The notes beneath the pieces are model-generated. The model was not told the DNA's origin. It did no database searches and saw only the letters and a list, made by a program, of their open reading frames with translations. This document shows positions 27,420-36,141 of a stretch of 64,000 bases of DNA, in pieces (the first letter of the stretch is position 1; every line of letters starts with the position of its first letter). The stretch covers positions 1 through 64,000 of the IMG/VR virus record IMGVR_UViG_3300033148_007251; one strand, given 5' to 3'. The DNA comes from a virus. The position numbers were made by a program, and so were the translations under genes.

Positions 27420-28673
27420 GTGAGTGCAATTATTATGGATATAAATATCAGCAGGAAGCTTTTTAATCCAGCATATTTGCCTTACTTAGACGATCAGTCC
27501 AGAACTCAAATTTTTTTCGGAGGAGCATCCTCAGGTAAATCTATTTTTGTCGTTGGGCAAAGAGTTGTTTATGATCTCATAAAAGGTGACAGAAACTATT
27601 TAATTATCCGAAACGTTGCCGATACTTCTCGAAAATCGACATTCAAGGAAGTTAGAAAAATCATTTTTGATTGGAAATTAGACGAATATTTTAACATAAA
27701 TAAATCAGACATGGTAATTACATGCCTGGTTAACGGTCACCAGGCAATGTTTGCTGGGTTGGATAATGTAGAAAAGCTTAAATCAATTACTGCAGATAAG
27801 GGCGTTATAACAGATATAGTAGTGGAAGAAGCGACGGAGACGAAAGAAGATGACCTGAGACAGTTACAAAAAAGACTCAGGGGGAAATCCAAAGTTAAAA
27901 AAAGAATGACCTTAGTATTTAATCCGATCGCCAAGGTGCACTGGATACACAAAATTTATTTTGTCGGTAATTTTTATGATGGAGAAACGCTTTATCATAA
28001 AGACAATCTCCTTATCTTAAAGACTACCTATAAAGATAATTTGCGGTTTCTCGAAAAAGATGATATCGATGCTCTGGAAAATGAGACAAACAAATACTTT
28101 CGGGAAGTATACACTTTAGGCAACTGGGGCGTTTTTGGAGACGTAATATTTACAAATTGGACAGTAAAAGATTTGTCCGAAATGATACCCACTTTCGACA
28201 ATAATAGGAACGGCTTGGACTTTGGTTATGCATCGGATCCTGCAGCTTACAATAGAATGCACTTCGACAAAAAGAGAAAAACTATTTATATTTATAAAGA
28301 ATTTCATGAAAAGGGCCTCACAAATCCAGAATTAGCAGCAATGTTACGCCCCGTTGTCGGTAATGATGTACTGGTGTGTGATTGTTCAGAACCGAAAAGT
28401 ATACAAGAATTGAAAGACGAAGGAATAAACGCTATTGGTGCTCGAAAAGGCCCCGACTCAGTGACATTTGGTATTCAATGGCTCCAGGGTAATAAGATCG
28501 TTATCCATAAAGAGTGTCAAGAAACGATTAATGAGTTTCAATTGTATCAATGGAAAAAGGATAAATACGGCGAGACGATGCCGAGGCCGATAGATAAGTA
28601 CAATCATCACCTGGATTGTATTCGTTATAGCTTAGAAGATGACATGGAAAAAGCGGCCATATTCATAGCTTAA
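27420..28673 (+). CDS. terL: terminase large subunit, PBSX family
   Basis: GGASSGKS, EKLKS, VVEEATE, FNP, GLDFGYASDP, NHHLDCIRY. Confidence 0.95.
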   Translation: MSAIIMDINISRKLFNPAYLPYLDDQSRTQIFFGGASSGKSIFVVGQRVVYDLIKGDRNYLIIRNVADTSRKSTFKEVRKIIFDWKLDEYFNINKSDMVITCLVNGHQAMFAGLDNVEKLKSITADKGVITDIVVEEATETKEDDLRQLQKRLRGKSKVKKRMTLVFNPIAKVHWIHKIYFVGNFYDGETLYHKDNLLILKTTYKDNLRFLEKDDIDALENETNKYFREVYTLGNWGVFGDVIFTNWTVKDLSEMIPTFDNNRNGLDFGYASDPAAYNRMHFDKKRKTIYIYKEFHEKGLTNPELAAMLRPVVGNDVLVCDCSEPKSIQELKDEGINAIGARKGPDSVTFGIQWLQGNKIVIHKECQETINEFQLYQWKKDKYGETMPRPIDKYNHHLDCIRYSLEDDMEKAAIFIA

Positions 28674-28684
28674 GGAAATTAGAC

Positions 28685-30664
28685 ATGCAAATTACAAACG
28701 CAATAAAGAATTTCTTTTCTCGCAATCTGGCTTTTTCTAATTCGTTTGCCATTAAAACAGGCACACCAATTTATAAAGATTGGACTGTGCAAAAAGCGGT
28801 CAAAGACGGATACAAAGTTAATAGTTGGGTCTATAGGGCGGTTAGTTTAATTACCAAATCTGCATCAAGTGTCCCCTGGATCGTAGTGAACGAAGATGGT
28901 GAATCAGTAGATCATTATCTGAGTAATCTCATGAAACATCCAAATAATGCCGTTTCGAGACAAGATATGTTCGAGCTCCTTGTGGCATGGCTTGAATTAA
29001 GCGGGAATGCTTATGTGAAAACAGTTAAGGTTGCTGGAAAAACAATTGAGCTATGGCCTGTGTCTCCGGATCGCTTAAAACCAGTTTTGTCCAAAAACAT
29101 CTCCGAATGGATTAGCGGTTATGCTTTGGATGAATCAACTAAGGCGGATTTTGAGTCTGATGAAATTATTCATTTTAAGTATTTTGATCCAGCTAATCCT
29201 TATGAAGGGATTGGCTCCTTGCAGGCGGTTTGCAAAACGGTTGATGTAGACGTAGATCAGTTAAATTGGAATAAGTCATCTATGCAGAATAGAGGCGTAC
29301 TTGACGGAGTGTTTTCATTCAAGAAAGAGTTTCGCTCCCAGGAACAAGCGGATGCTATCTCTACGAAGCTTAATGAGAAGCATGCAGGGGGGTTCAACGC
29401 ACATAAATTAGGTGTTGTAGGGAGCGAGGCAAAATATATAAGAACAGCTCTTACCCCAGTTCAAATGGATTTTATTAGTTCCAGAAAGTTTAACAGAGAT
29501 GAGATATTCATTGTTTTTGGCGTGCCTCCGCAATATGCAGGGACGCAAGAGTCTTCGACATATAATAATTATCAAACATCAGAATTGATTTTCTGGTTCC
29601 AAAAAATTATTCCTTTGCTTGATGATTTAAGAGACACCTTAAATTTCTTTTTTAGAGATGAACTTGGAGAAGGCCTTAAGCTCACTTTTGACCTAAGTAG
29701 AATTCCGGCAATTAGACGAGCGCTTCTGGAAAGATCAAAAACGGCAAAAATATTATTTGACATGGGAGTCCCCGTAAATCAACTGAATCGGATATTTGAA
29801 TTTGGCATTGAAGAATTTGAAGGTTGGAAAGTATCTCGTGTTGGTAACAATTCCACGGCTGAAAAGGTAGAGACAAAATCAACAAGTAAAAATATCGAGA
29901 CACGTAAAACATTGTTGTCACAGAGAGACATAGAATCTGAAGTGAAAACCAGGATGGACTTCGCTGATAGTAAAGTTAAAAGCATAGAGATTTTGCTGGG
30001 AGACCAACAAGAAGTTATATTCGATGCTATTGAAGCGAAGGCGAATAATAAAGGTATAGTTAATTGGATCGATGTTGAGCGGTTATTGTCAAGCACTTGG
30101 TCTGATTGGATAAATGTATATACCAGTTTAACGAGTGAATATGCCGAAATAGCGGCAGGACAAGTAGTGATTGTAAAAAGAGCCACAGTTGAAGCTGAAA
30201 TTAAAGATTTAATCAATTTGTACCTTGTGGAAGAAAAAACGGTTTTAACGGAGATAAGCTTGATTTCCAAATCAACAGTTGGCAAGTTGATCGATCAAGT
30301 TGAAGAAGGAATCGAAAACGCATGGACAGTCTCAGCGCTACAGCAGGCAATAGTAGATATAGGGGTCTTCTCCCCGGCAAGAGCATTGACATTATCCAGA
30401 ACCATAACGGGTACAGCGGGTAGCATCGGTCAGTTTGTTAGTGCTCGACACTCAGGAGCGACGCATAAAAAATGGATCAATTCCGTGTTTGATGTCAGAG
30501 ACTTACATGTTACCAGAGCGGCTCAGCCAGCAGTAAAGATTAACGATAGATTTAGCGCTATGGACGGAGCTTTTCAGGGGCCGCTGTATCCTTTAGATAA
30601 TGTATTAACTCCAGGAGATCGAATAAATTGTAGATGTTCAATAAGTTTTGAGATTCGGAAGTAA
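28685..30664 (+). CDS. HK97-type portal fused to a Mu gpF/SPP1 gp7-like head morphogenesis domain
   Basis: VYRAV..I....SSVP, HPN, LELSGNAY, EIIHFK, FGVPP, TYNN portal motifs; C-terminal KKWI.....VRD.H...YP.D....PGDRINCRC. Confidence 0.9.
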   Translation: MQITNAIKNFFSRNLAFSNSFAIKTGTPIYKDWTVQKAVKDGYKVNSWVYRAVSLITKSASSVPWIVVNEDGESVDHYLSNLMKHPNNAVSRQDMFELLVAWLELSGNAYVKTVKVAGKTIELWPVSPDRLKPVLSKNISEWISGYALDESTKADFESDEIIHFKYFDPANPYEGIGSLQAVCKTVDVDVDQLNWNKSSMQNRGVLDGVFSFKKEFRSQEQADAISTKLNEKHAGGFNAHKLGVVGSEAKYIRTALTPVQMDFISSRKFNRDEIFIVFGVPPQYAGTQESSTYNNYQTSELIFWFQKIIPLLDDLRDTLNFFFRDELGEGLKLTFDLSRIPAIRRALLERSKTAKILFDMGVPVNQLNRIFEFGIEEFEGWKVSRVGNNSTAEKVETKSTSKNIETRKTLLSQRDIESEVKTRMDFADSKVKSIEILLGDQQEVIFDAIEAKANNKGIVNWIDVERLLSSTWSDWINVYTSLTSEYAEIAAGQVVIVKRATVEAEIKDLINLYLVEEKTVLTEISLISKSTVGKLIDQVEEGIENAWTVSALQQAIVDIGVFSPARALTLSRTITGTAGSIGQFVSARHSGATHKKWINSVFDVRDLHVTRAAQPAVKINDRFSAMDGAFQGPLYPLDNVLTPGDRINCRCSISFEIRK

Positions 30665-30698
30665 CAAATAACTTGATGTAAAAAAATGGAGACACAAT

Positions 30699-31820
30699 AT
30701 GAAAATGAAAACACTTGAATATAGGGGTTTTAACTCGACCCTGGATCTGAGAACAGCAGACGGTAATGAATGGATCTTTGAAGGGTATGCAGTAACATGG
30801 AATACCATAGATGATTACAGAACGACTTTTAAAAGAGGCGCATTCAAGAAGACGATTTCGGAGCGAGGCAAGCACATAAAGATTTTGTGGAATCATGACT
30901 CGGACGAACCAATTGGCAAGATTGTTGAGTTGAGAGAAGACGACATCGGCCTGTTTATTAGAGGACTTTTAACAGAGGGGGTAACAAAGGCAGCAGACGT
31001 TTATCACAATCTTAAGGCTGGCGTTATTGACACTTTGTCATTTGGATTTATCCCCCTGCAGAAAAAAGCAGCGGATAAAGATGGAGTCGTTTGCATAACT
31101 GAAGTAAAGTTGTACGAGATTTCTCCTGTAACATTTGAGGCGAACTCAACAGCCGTTATTACGGACGTAAGAACCAAAGAAGATTCTTCAAATCAAGAAA
31201 ACAAAGAAGGGCGTTCCGAAGATTTCGGGGAGACAGTAAATGAATCACTTCTGGCCAAAGAGGGGTATTTGTTATTTGATGCTTTGTGTGAGACTCTACA
31301 AGATATATGGTGGAATAATGATGATAAAGAGGATATAGTATCGAAACAAGATAAAGTGATTGCAGAGTTCCATGCAGCTTATCTTAAATGGTCTTCTGGA
31401 TATATAGACAAGTTTTGGAGCGAAAGAAAAACGGCCTTGGCGAGAAATGATCTTGCTAAAGCATTTGTTCTTGAATTGAAGGATTCACTTGAAGTGATGT
31501 CGAGTAACACTTCCTTCACTATCAAGGAGATTAAAGCACTTTCTTCAGGAAAGATACTTACTAAAGAGAGTCGCAAGAAATTGGTCGAGCTTCCTGAGCC
31601 TATCAGGGCTGCACACCAAAAAGAGAGATGCAAAGTCGTTGAGTCACTTTGTGATGAATTGAGAGTTGGTGGATTTAGTGTTGCCGAAAGTCAAAGGTTT
31701 AGTTCTTTGCTGAGACTAAGAGATATCCAGAAAAGGGAAGATGTATTAAGTTTTCCAAATATTTCAAACAATATTATTTCTGAATTGGTGAAGATTAGAG
31801 GCAGCATTAATCAAGAGTAA
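30699..31820 (+). CDS. HK97-family prohead protease with long C-terminal extension
   Basis: FEGYA..W...D...F.RGAF, LWNHD...PIG, LSFGF, LYEISPVTFEAN. Confidence 0.92.
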   Translation: MKMKTLEYRGFNSTLDLRTADGNEWIFEGYAVTWNTIDDYRTTFKRGAFKKTISERGKHIKILWNHDSDEPIGKIVELREDDIGLFIRGLLTEGVTKAADVYHNLKAGVIDTLSFGFIPLQKKAADKDGVVCITEVKLYEISPVTFEANSTAVITDVRTKEDSSNQENKEGRSEDFGETVNESLLAKEGYLLFDALCETLQDIWWNNDDKEDIVSKQDKVIAEFHAAYLKWSSGYIDKFWSERKTALARNDLAKAFVLELKDSLEVMSSNTSFTIKEIKALSSGKILTKESRKKLVELPEPIRAAHQKERCKVVESLCDELRVGGFSVAESQRFSSLLRLRDIQKREDVLSFPNISNNIISELVKIRGSINQE

Positions 31821-31855
31821 ACAAAATTTATAAAAATACAAAAAAGGAGTATAGC

Positions 31856-33067
31856 ATGTCAAAAGATTTAAAAGAATTTAATGAAGAATTGAACAAAACA
31901 TTCGACGAATTTAAGAAAAGAAATGACCTGGCAATCGAAGAGGCTGAGAAAAGATCCGGAATTGCGACAGCAGAGACTTCTGCTATTGTCGAAAAGGTAA
32001 ATGCTGATATTACTGAAATCAGAGCATCTATGAAAGAAATTGAAACTCGCATGAGCCGACCTAATTTCAATCCTGAAGGCAAAAACGAGGTTAATGCCGA
32101 TGTAGAGCTTAGAAAAGCATCTTTTAATAAATGGTTGCGATTTGGATTCGATGGAGAAAAAACTTCTTGGACACCTGAAGAGAAGCGATCTTTATCTTCA
32201 GCATCTGATGGTACTGGCGGTTTTCTTGTGCCAGTTGAATGGGAATCGGGCATCATAATGAACGCTTATGATCTTGCTGAATTGCGTCCTATTTGTCAGG
32301 TTGGAACCACTGGAAGAGACACTGTGCAGCTCGGTGCGTTGTCTAAGCCGACTGTAGCATGGGGTAGGTCAGATATTGCAATTTCTACTCAATCATTAAC
32401 AGCCGGAGGAGAAAGGATAACGATCTATCCGTTAAGAGCAATTGCTCTTGTTCATAATGATACTCTTGAGGACGCAGATGCTGATCTCAATTCTGAGATT
32501 AACAATGCTTTTGGTAGAGCTGTTGCTGAGGCCGAAGATGATGCTTTTGCTATTGGTGCAGGAGATGATTCTCCAAGGGGTGTATCATCTGATTCAAGGG
32601 TTCAGGCAAATTATGTTTTCTCTGGTGTTTCTGATGCTTTGTCAGATTCTACTCATAACGGCGTTGATGTACTAACTGACTGTATGTACAAACCAAAGAA
32701 GGCTTATCGTAAAAACGGTACATGGGCATTCAATTCAACAACTGAAGCAGCTATTCGTAAGTTAAAAGACGGAGAAGGTCGTTATCTGTGGCAGCCTCCA
32801 GTTCAGGAAGGACGACCGGCTTTATTGCTTGGTAAACCTATTGTTAATCCTGAAGGTATGGCTGATATTGCAGCCAATGCTTATGTTGTTGTATTTGGTG
32901 ATTTCATGGCCGGTTACAAAATTAGAGATCGTAAAGGGATTACAGTTACTCGGCTTGTTGAGCGTTACGCAGAGTACGAGCAAACTGGTTTCAAGATTGT
33001 CGCCCGAGTTGGTGGACAAGTAACTTTGGCAGAGGCCTTTGGTTGCCTTAAAATCGCTACATCATAG
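31856..33067 (+). CDS. major capsid protein, HK97 fold
   Basis: N-terminal coiled delta domain, GGFLVP, IRKLKDGEGRYLWQP, LLGKP, VVFGDF, RVGG. Confidence 0.95.
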   Translation: MSKDLKEFNEELNKTFDEFKKRNDLAIEEAEKRSGIATAETSAIVEKVNADITEIRASMKEIETRMSRPNFNPEGKNEVNADVELRKASFNKWLRFGFDGEKTSWTPEEKRSLSSASDGTGGFLVPVEWESGIIMNAYDLAELRPICQVGTTGRDTVQLGALSKPTVAWGRSDIAISTQSLTAGGERITIYPLRAIALVHNDTLEDADADLNSEINNAFGRAVAEAEDDAFAIGAGDDSPRGVSSDSRVQANYVFSGVSDALSDSTHNGVDVLTDCMYKPKKAYRKNGTWAFNSTTEAAIRKLKDGEGRYLWQPPVQEGRPALLLGKPIVNPEGMADIAANAYVVVFGDFMAGYKIRDRKGITVTRLVERYAEYEQTGFKIVARVGGQVTLAEAFGCLKIATS

Positions 33068-33082
33068 TAAGGAGGATAAAAT

Positions 33083-33556
33083 ATGGCTTATAACAAACCT
33101 TACGTGAAAGCACAAAAACTTTATGTCAATGATGTAGAGGTTACTGCTACGGCGCCAGAGCTTAATACTTTGGATGGTGCAATAGCTTCTGCTGTGCCGG
33201 TACTTACTGCAGGAGCCGCTACTGATGAGATGGATATTACCATCACCGTAAAAGATGCCGCTGGAGTTACAATCGCATCTCCGGCCATACTTGAAGTGTG
33301 GATAACTGATAGCGATACTAATTTCACACTTACAGGAACAAGTGCATCTGGCGCTTTGACCGCTATAGATGGGGCAGTTTTGCAAGAGATTACAGCCAAG
33401 AAACACATTGTTTGTCTTACACCAGCCACAGGAGTTATCAATTTGTCTCTTGTAGATAGTGCAAACACTGCCGGTGAAATAGTATGTGTTAGGCTTCCTA
33501 ATGGATTGTTTTCTCAGAGCGAAGCGTCTGTAGCCGGTAGTTACGAGGGCGGTTAA
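33083..33556 (+). CDS. putative head decoration/fibre protein
   Basis: Follows the capsid gene; VTATAPELNTLDG motif; Ala/Thr-rich. Confidence 0.55.
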   Translation: MAYNKPYVKAQKLYVNDVEVTATAPELNTLDGAIASAVPVLTAGAATDEMDITITVKDAAGVTIASPAILEVWITDSDTNFTLTGTSASGALTAIDGAVLQEITAKKHIVCLTPATGVINLSLVDSANTAGEIVCVRLPNGLFSQSEASVAGSYEGG

Positions 33557-33575
33557 ACAAACTTAACAATAGACT

Positions 33576-33644
33576 TTTGCGGGATAGAGTTCCATACAAA
33601 CTCGATAAGCTGACGATTCCCCTTTTTCATCAGCTTCCCGCAAA
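33576..33644 (+). ncRNA. three-way-junction RNA motif (C4-like), copy 1
   Basis: TTTGCGGGA...TCCCGCAAA closing stem enclosing TA-GAGTT(..)AACTC-GATA-AGCTGA(..)TCAGCT. Confidence 0.5.
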
Positions 33645-33698
33645 TAATGATATTAAATAAAAGGGATATTAAGTTATCGAAAATAGGAGATTATAATT

Positions 33699-34076
33699 AT
33701 GAAAGGTGATGCAAAAAGCAATTTCACAATAGATGATTTGGGAATGCCAGCATTGAGCAGGTCTGCGGACACATATGTTTCGGAGTCAGTTGATCATAGT
33801 CTGGCCCCGTCATGTGAGTTTTTCATTTCATGTGGGACATATGCGACTTCATTTGTTGCTACCCTGCAGTACAGCGACGATGATTCAACCTGGACAGATG
33901 AGCCAGATACTACAGCAGGTAATACCGTTTCTCTTACTTTGACAGTGGCCGGTAACGGTTCTATATCTTGCCCAAATCCAAGGGGAAGGTATAGCCGTAT
34001 CAGCACAGTTCTGGGTGGGACATGCGTCCATAGTATTACAAGCGTTCTTGGGCCTTTGCGTTCAGTTGCTGTTTAG
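33699..34076 (+). CDS. putative capsid cement/minor head protein
   Basis: Beta-rich; ATLQYSDDDSTWTD ... GRYSRI pattern typical of small jelly-roll head proteins. Confidence 0.55.
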   Translation: MKGDAKSNFTIDDLGMPALSRSADTYVSESVDHSLAPSCEFFISCGTYATSFVATLQYSDDDSTWTDEPDTTAGNTVSLTLTVAGNGSISCPNPRGRYSRISTVLGGTCVHSITSVLGPLRSVAV

Positions 34077-34092
34077 AAACAGTAACCTAAAT

Positions 34093-34152
34093 AGTTACGG
34101 GATAGAGTTTCGCACTCGAAAACGGGCATCCCTAAGTCCTATTCCCGTAACT
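34093..34152 (+). ncRNA. three-way-junction RNA motif (C4-like), copy 2
   Basis: AGTTACGGGA...TCCCGTAACT closing stem enclosing TA-GAGT(TTCGC)ACTC-GAAAA and a second hairpin; shares CGGGATAGAGTT...ACTCGA with copy 1. Confidence 0.5.
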
Positions 34153-34175
34153 TAATCATTAGGAGATAGACGGTT

Positions 34176-34463
34176 ATGAAAACAAAAATAAAAATGACAG
34201 AATCCAAAAAAGGGAGTCCGAACGGAACAACAGTAATTAATTATATTGCTGGAAAAGAGTACGATCTTCCAGAAGGCTTAGCAAACGTTTTTGTTAATAA
34301 GCTTTTAGTTGCGGTAGAGATAAAAAATCAGGTTGATCAGGTAAAGGAAATTGAAATATCAGAGAAAGATCTCAATATTGAAACCCCTGAAAAGAAGCTT
34401 CACATTGAAATACCGATGAAAAAAGTAAAGAAACAAAGGAAAAAGAAGTCCAAAAAGGTATAA
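34176..34463 (+). CDS. hypothetical head-region protein
   Basis: SD AGGAG; basic C-terminal tail; position between head and adaptor genes. Confidence 0.6.
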   Translation: MKTKIKMTESKKGSPNGTTVINYIAGKEYDLPEGLANVFVNKLLVAVEIKNQVDQVKEIEISEKDLNIETPEKKLHIEIPMKKVKKQRKKKSKKV

Positions 34464-34474
34464 TAAGGTAAACT

Positions 34475-35029
34475 ATGGCAATTGAATTAGTATCATATGC
34501 GTCTTTAAAAGCACTTTTAACTTTGGAAGATGCTTTGATAACAGACTATCCGGCATTGAATCTCATTAGAACATCTGTAACGTCTGCTATCGAGGAATAC
34601 CTAGATCGGTCACTGGAGGAGATAGAGCGCACAGAAACAGTTTACATTGGCGGTTTCGCAACAAAGATGATTAGGTTACCTGGCATACCTGTAGCAAGTG
34701 TCTCATCTGTTACTGTAACTATAGCCGGAGAATCCGAGACTTATGATGAAAATGAGGAGTTTGAAATAACCGAATACGGAATCAGATTATTGGTGGCTTT
34801 GAGTAACGCTAAAGTAGTAATTGTTTATACGGGTGGAATTTCGGTTGTACCCGGCGTAATTGAAAGGGCAGCATTATTGCAAACAGCGTATGAATTTCAG
34901 TCAAAAGACCAGATCGGAGCCGAATCTGTTACGACTTCGGGTGGCAGCGTAAGCAGACCAGCACTGGGGTTACTTAAAGAGGTAAAAAGGATGCTTAATA
35001 ACGAGAAACATCCATTGTTACTGGTATAG
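34475..35029 (+). CDS. head-tail adaptor (gp6/gp15-like)
   Basis: LVS...LK..L, AIEEYLDR, PV.SVSSV, IVYTGG..VPGVIERAAL. Confidence 0.75.
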   Translation: MAIELVSYASLKALLTLEDALITDYPALNLIRTSVTSAIEEYLDRSLEEIERTETVYIGGFATKMIRLPGIPVASVSSVTVTIAGESETYDENEEFEITEYGIRLLVALSNAKVVIVYTGGISVVPGVIERAALLQTAYEFQSKDQIGAESVTTSGGSVSRPALGLLKEVKRMLNNEKHPLLLV

Positions 35030-35032
35030 ATT

Positions 35033-35623
35033 ATGCAAATTGAAGTAAAAAAATTTGTTGAGATTGATCAATATCTCAAAGATATGCCAGAGACGATGTT
35101 TGATGATGCTAAGCCTTTATTCCAAAAGGCAGTTATTGACGCTGACAAAAGAGTAAAAAGGCTTTTTGGAATTCGGATACAGTCTCGAACAGGAAACCTT
35201 CGTAGGTCTTTGAGAACAAGCGTAAAGGGAATGAGCCTTGATAGTTTACAGGCATCGTTTTATAGTGCTGCAAATGTCGCTGGAACACCGATTGTTCATG
35301 CTCCGATTCAGGAATTTGGAGGGACAATCAACGCTATTGATAAATACAAAAAAGTACCTGGTGGGCCTTATCTGAATGTTCCGACCGAAGCCAATCAGAC
35401 GGCAGCGGGTGTTATGAGGAAGACTGCAAGAATGGTTTTTAATAAGGGCGGGTATATTCAAAAAACAAAGAAGGGCAGATGGGGAGTATTTTTGGGAAAT
35501 AAAATGATGTTTGCCTTGGTAAAAAGAGTTCACGTTACTCCAAAATTAAGCATGCGCTCATCGGCAGAAAGACAAGTATCTCGTTTATTATCAAGCTTAT
35601 CTAAAATAATAGGGAACGATTAA
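35033..35623 (+). CDS. neck / tail completion protein (HK97 gp10-like)
   Basis: RTGNLRRSL and HAPIQEFGGTI motifs. Confidence 0.7.
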   Translation: MQIEVKKFVEIDQYLKDMPETMFDDAKPLFQKAVIDADKRVKRLFGIRIQSRTGNLRRSLRTSVKGMSLDSLQASFYSAANVAGTPIVHAPIQEFGGTINAIDKYKKVPGGPYLNVPTEANQTAAGVMRKTARMVFNKGGYIQKTKKGRWGVFLGNKMMFALVKRVHVTPKLSMRSSAERQVSRLLSSLSKIIGND

Positions 35624-35625
35624 TT

Positions 35626-36114
35626 ATGGCCACTGCGATAAATACAATATTGGCAAAAATTGGTGCAAGGCTTGCTAATATAACAATCACAAACGAATAC
35701 AATTACACGTTCAAAAAAATACAAGAAGGTATGCTCAAGCCCTTTGCTGGCTATGATTTACCAGCCATAAACTATTGGTGCACAAGTTTGGCCAATGAAC
35801 GAACTGTGTACGATGATGATAATAGAGTCCTTGATTTAGTGATAGAGGCTTTTTCTATGACTCGTGACGAACCGTTTACCCGAGTTGTTAGTAAGCTCGC
35901 CGCTGATATTGTAACAGGGCTAAATAGGGCGACAGGTTCTCCAGCAGTATCCGACTCGCCTAGTTATGATCTGGGAGAAACGGTTACAGAGTTAATTTTT
36001 GACAGTTATGATTATGAGATTGGAGAAGGGCAAGACCCTTGGTGCGGGGCATTATTAAGATTTACTATTAAATATAGAACGAATCCAAACGAGATGGTAC
36101 TGTATGGGGTTTAA
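35626..36114 (+). CDS. tail terminator protein
   Basis: IL..I..RL..I...N.Y, LPAI, C-terminal F.IKY; position before the tail genes. Confidence 0.6.
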   Translation: MATAINTILAKIGARLANITITNEYNYTFKKIQEGMLKPFAGYDLPAINYWCTSLANERTVYDDDNRVLDLVIEAFSMTRDEPFTRVVSKLAADIVTGLNRATGSPAVSDSPSYDLGETVTELIFDSYDYEIGEGQDPWCGALLRFTIKYRTNPNEMVLYGV

Positions 36115-36141
36115 AACAATCTAAAAAGGGGGTAGATTGAC

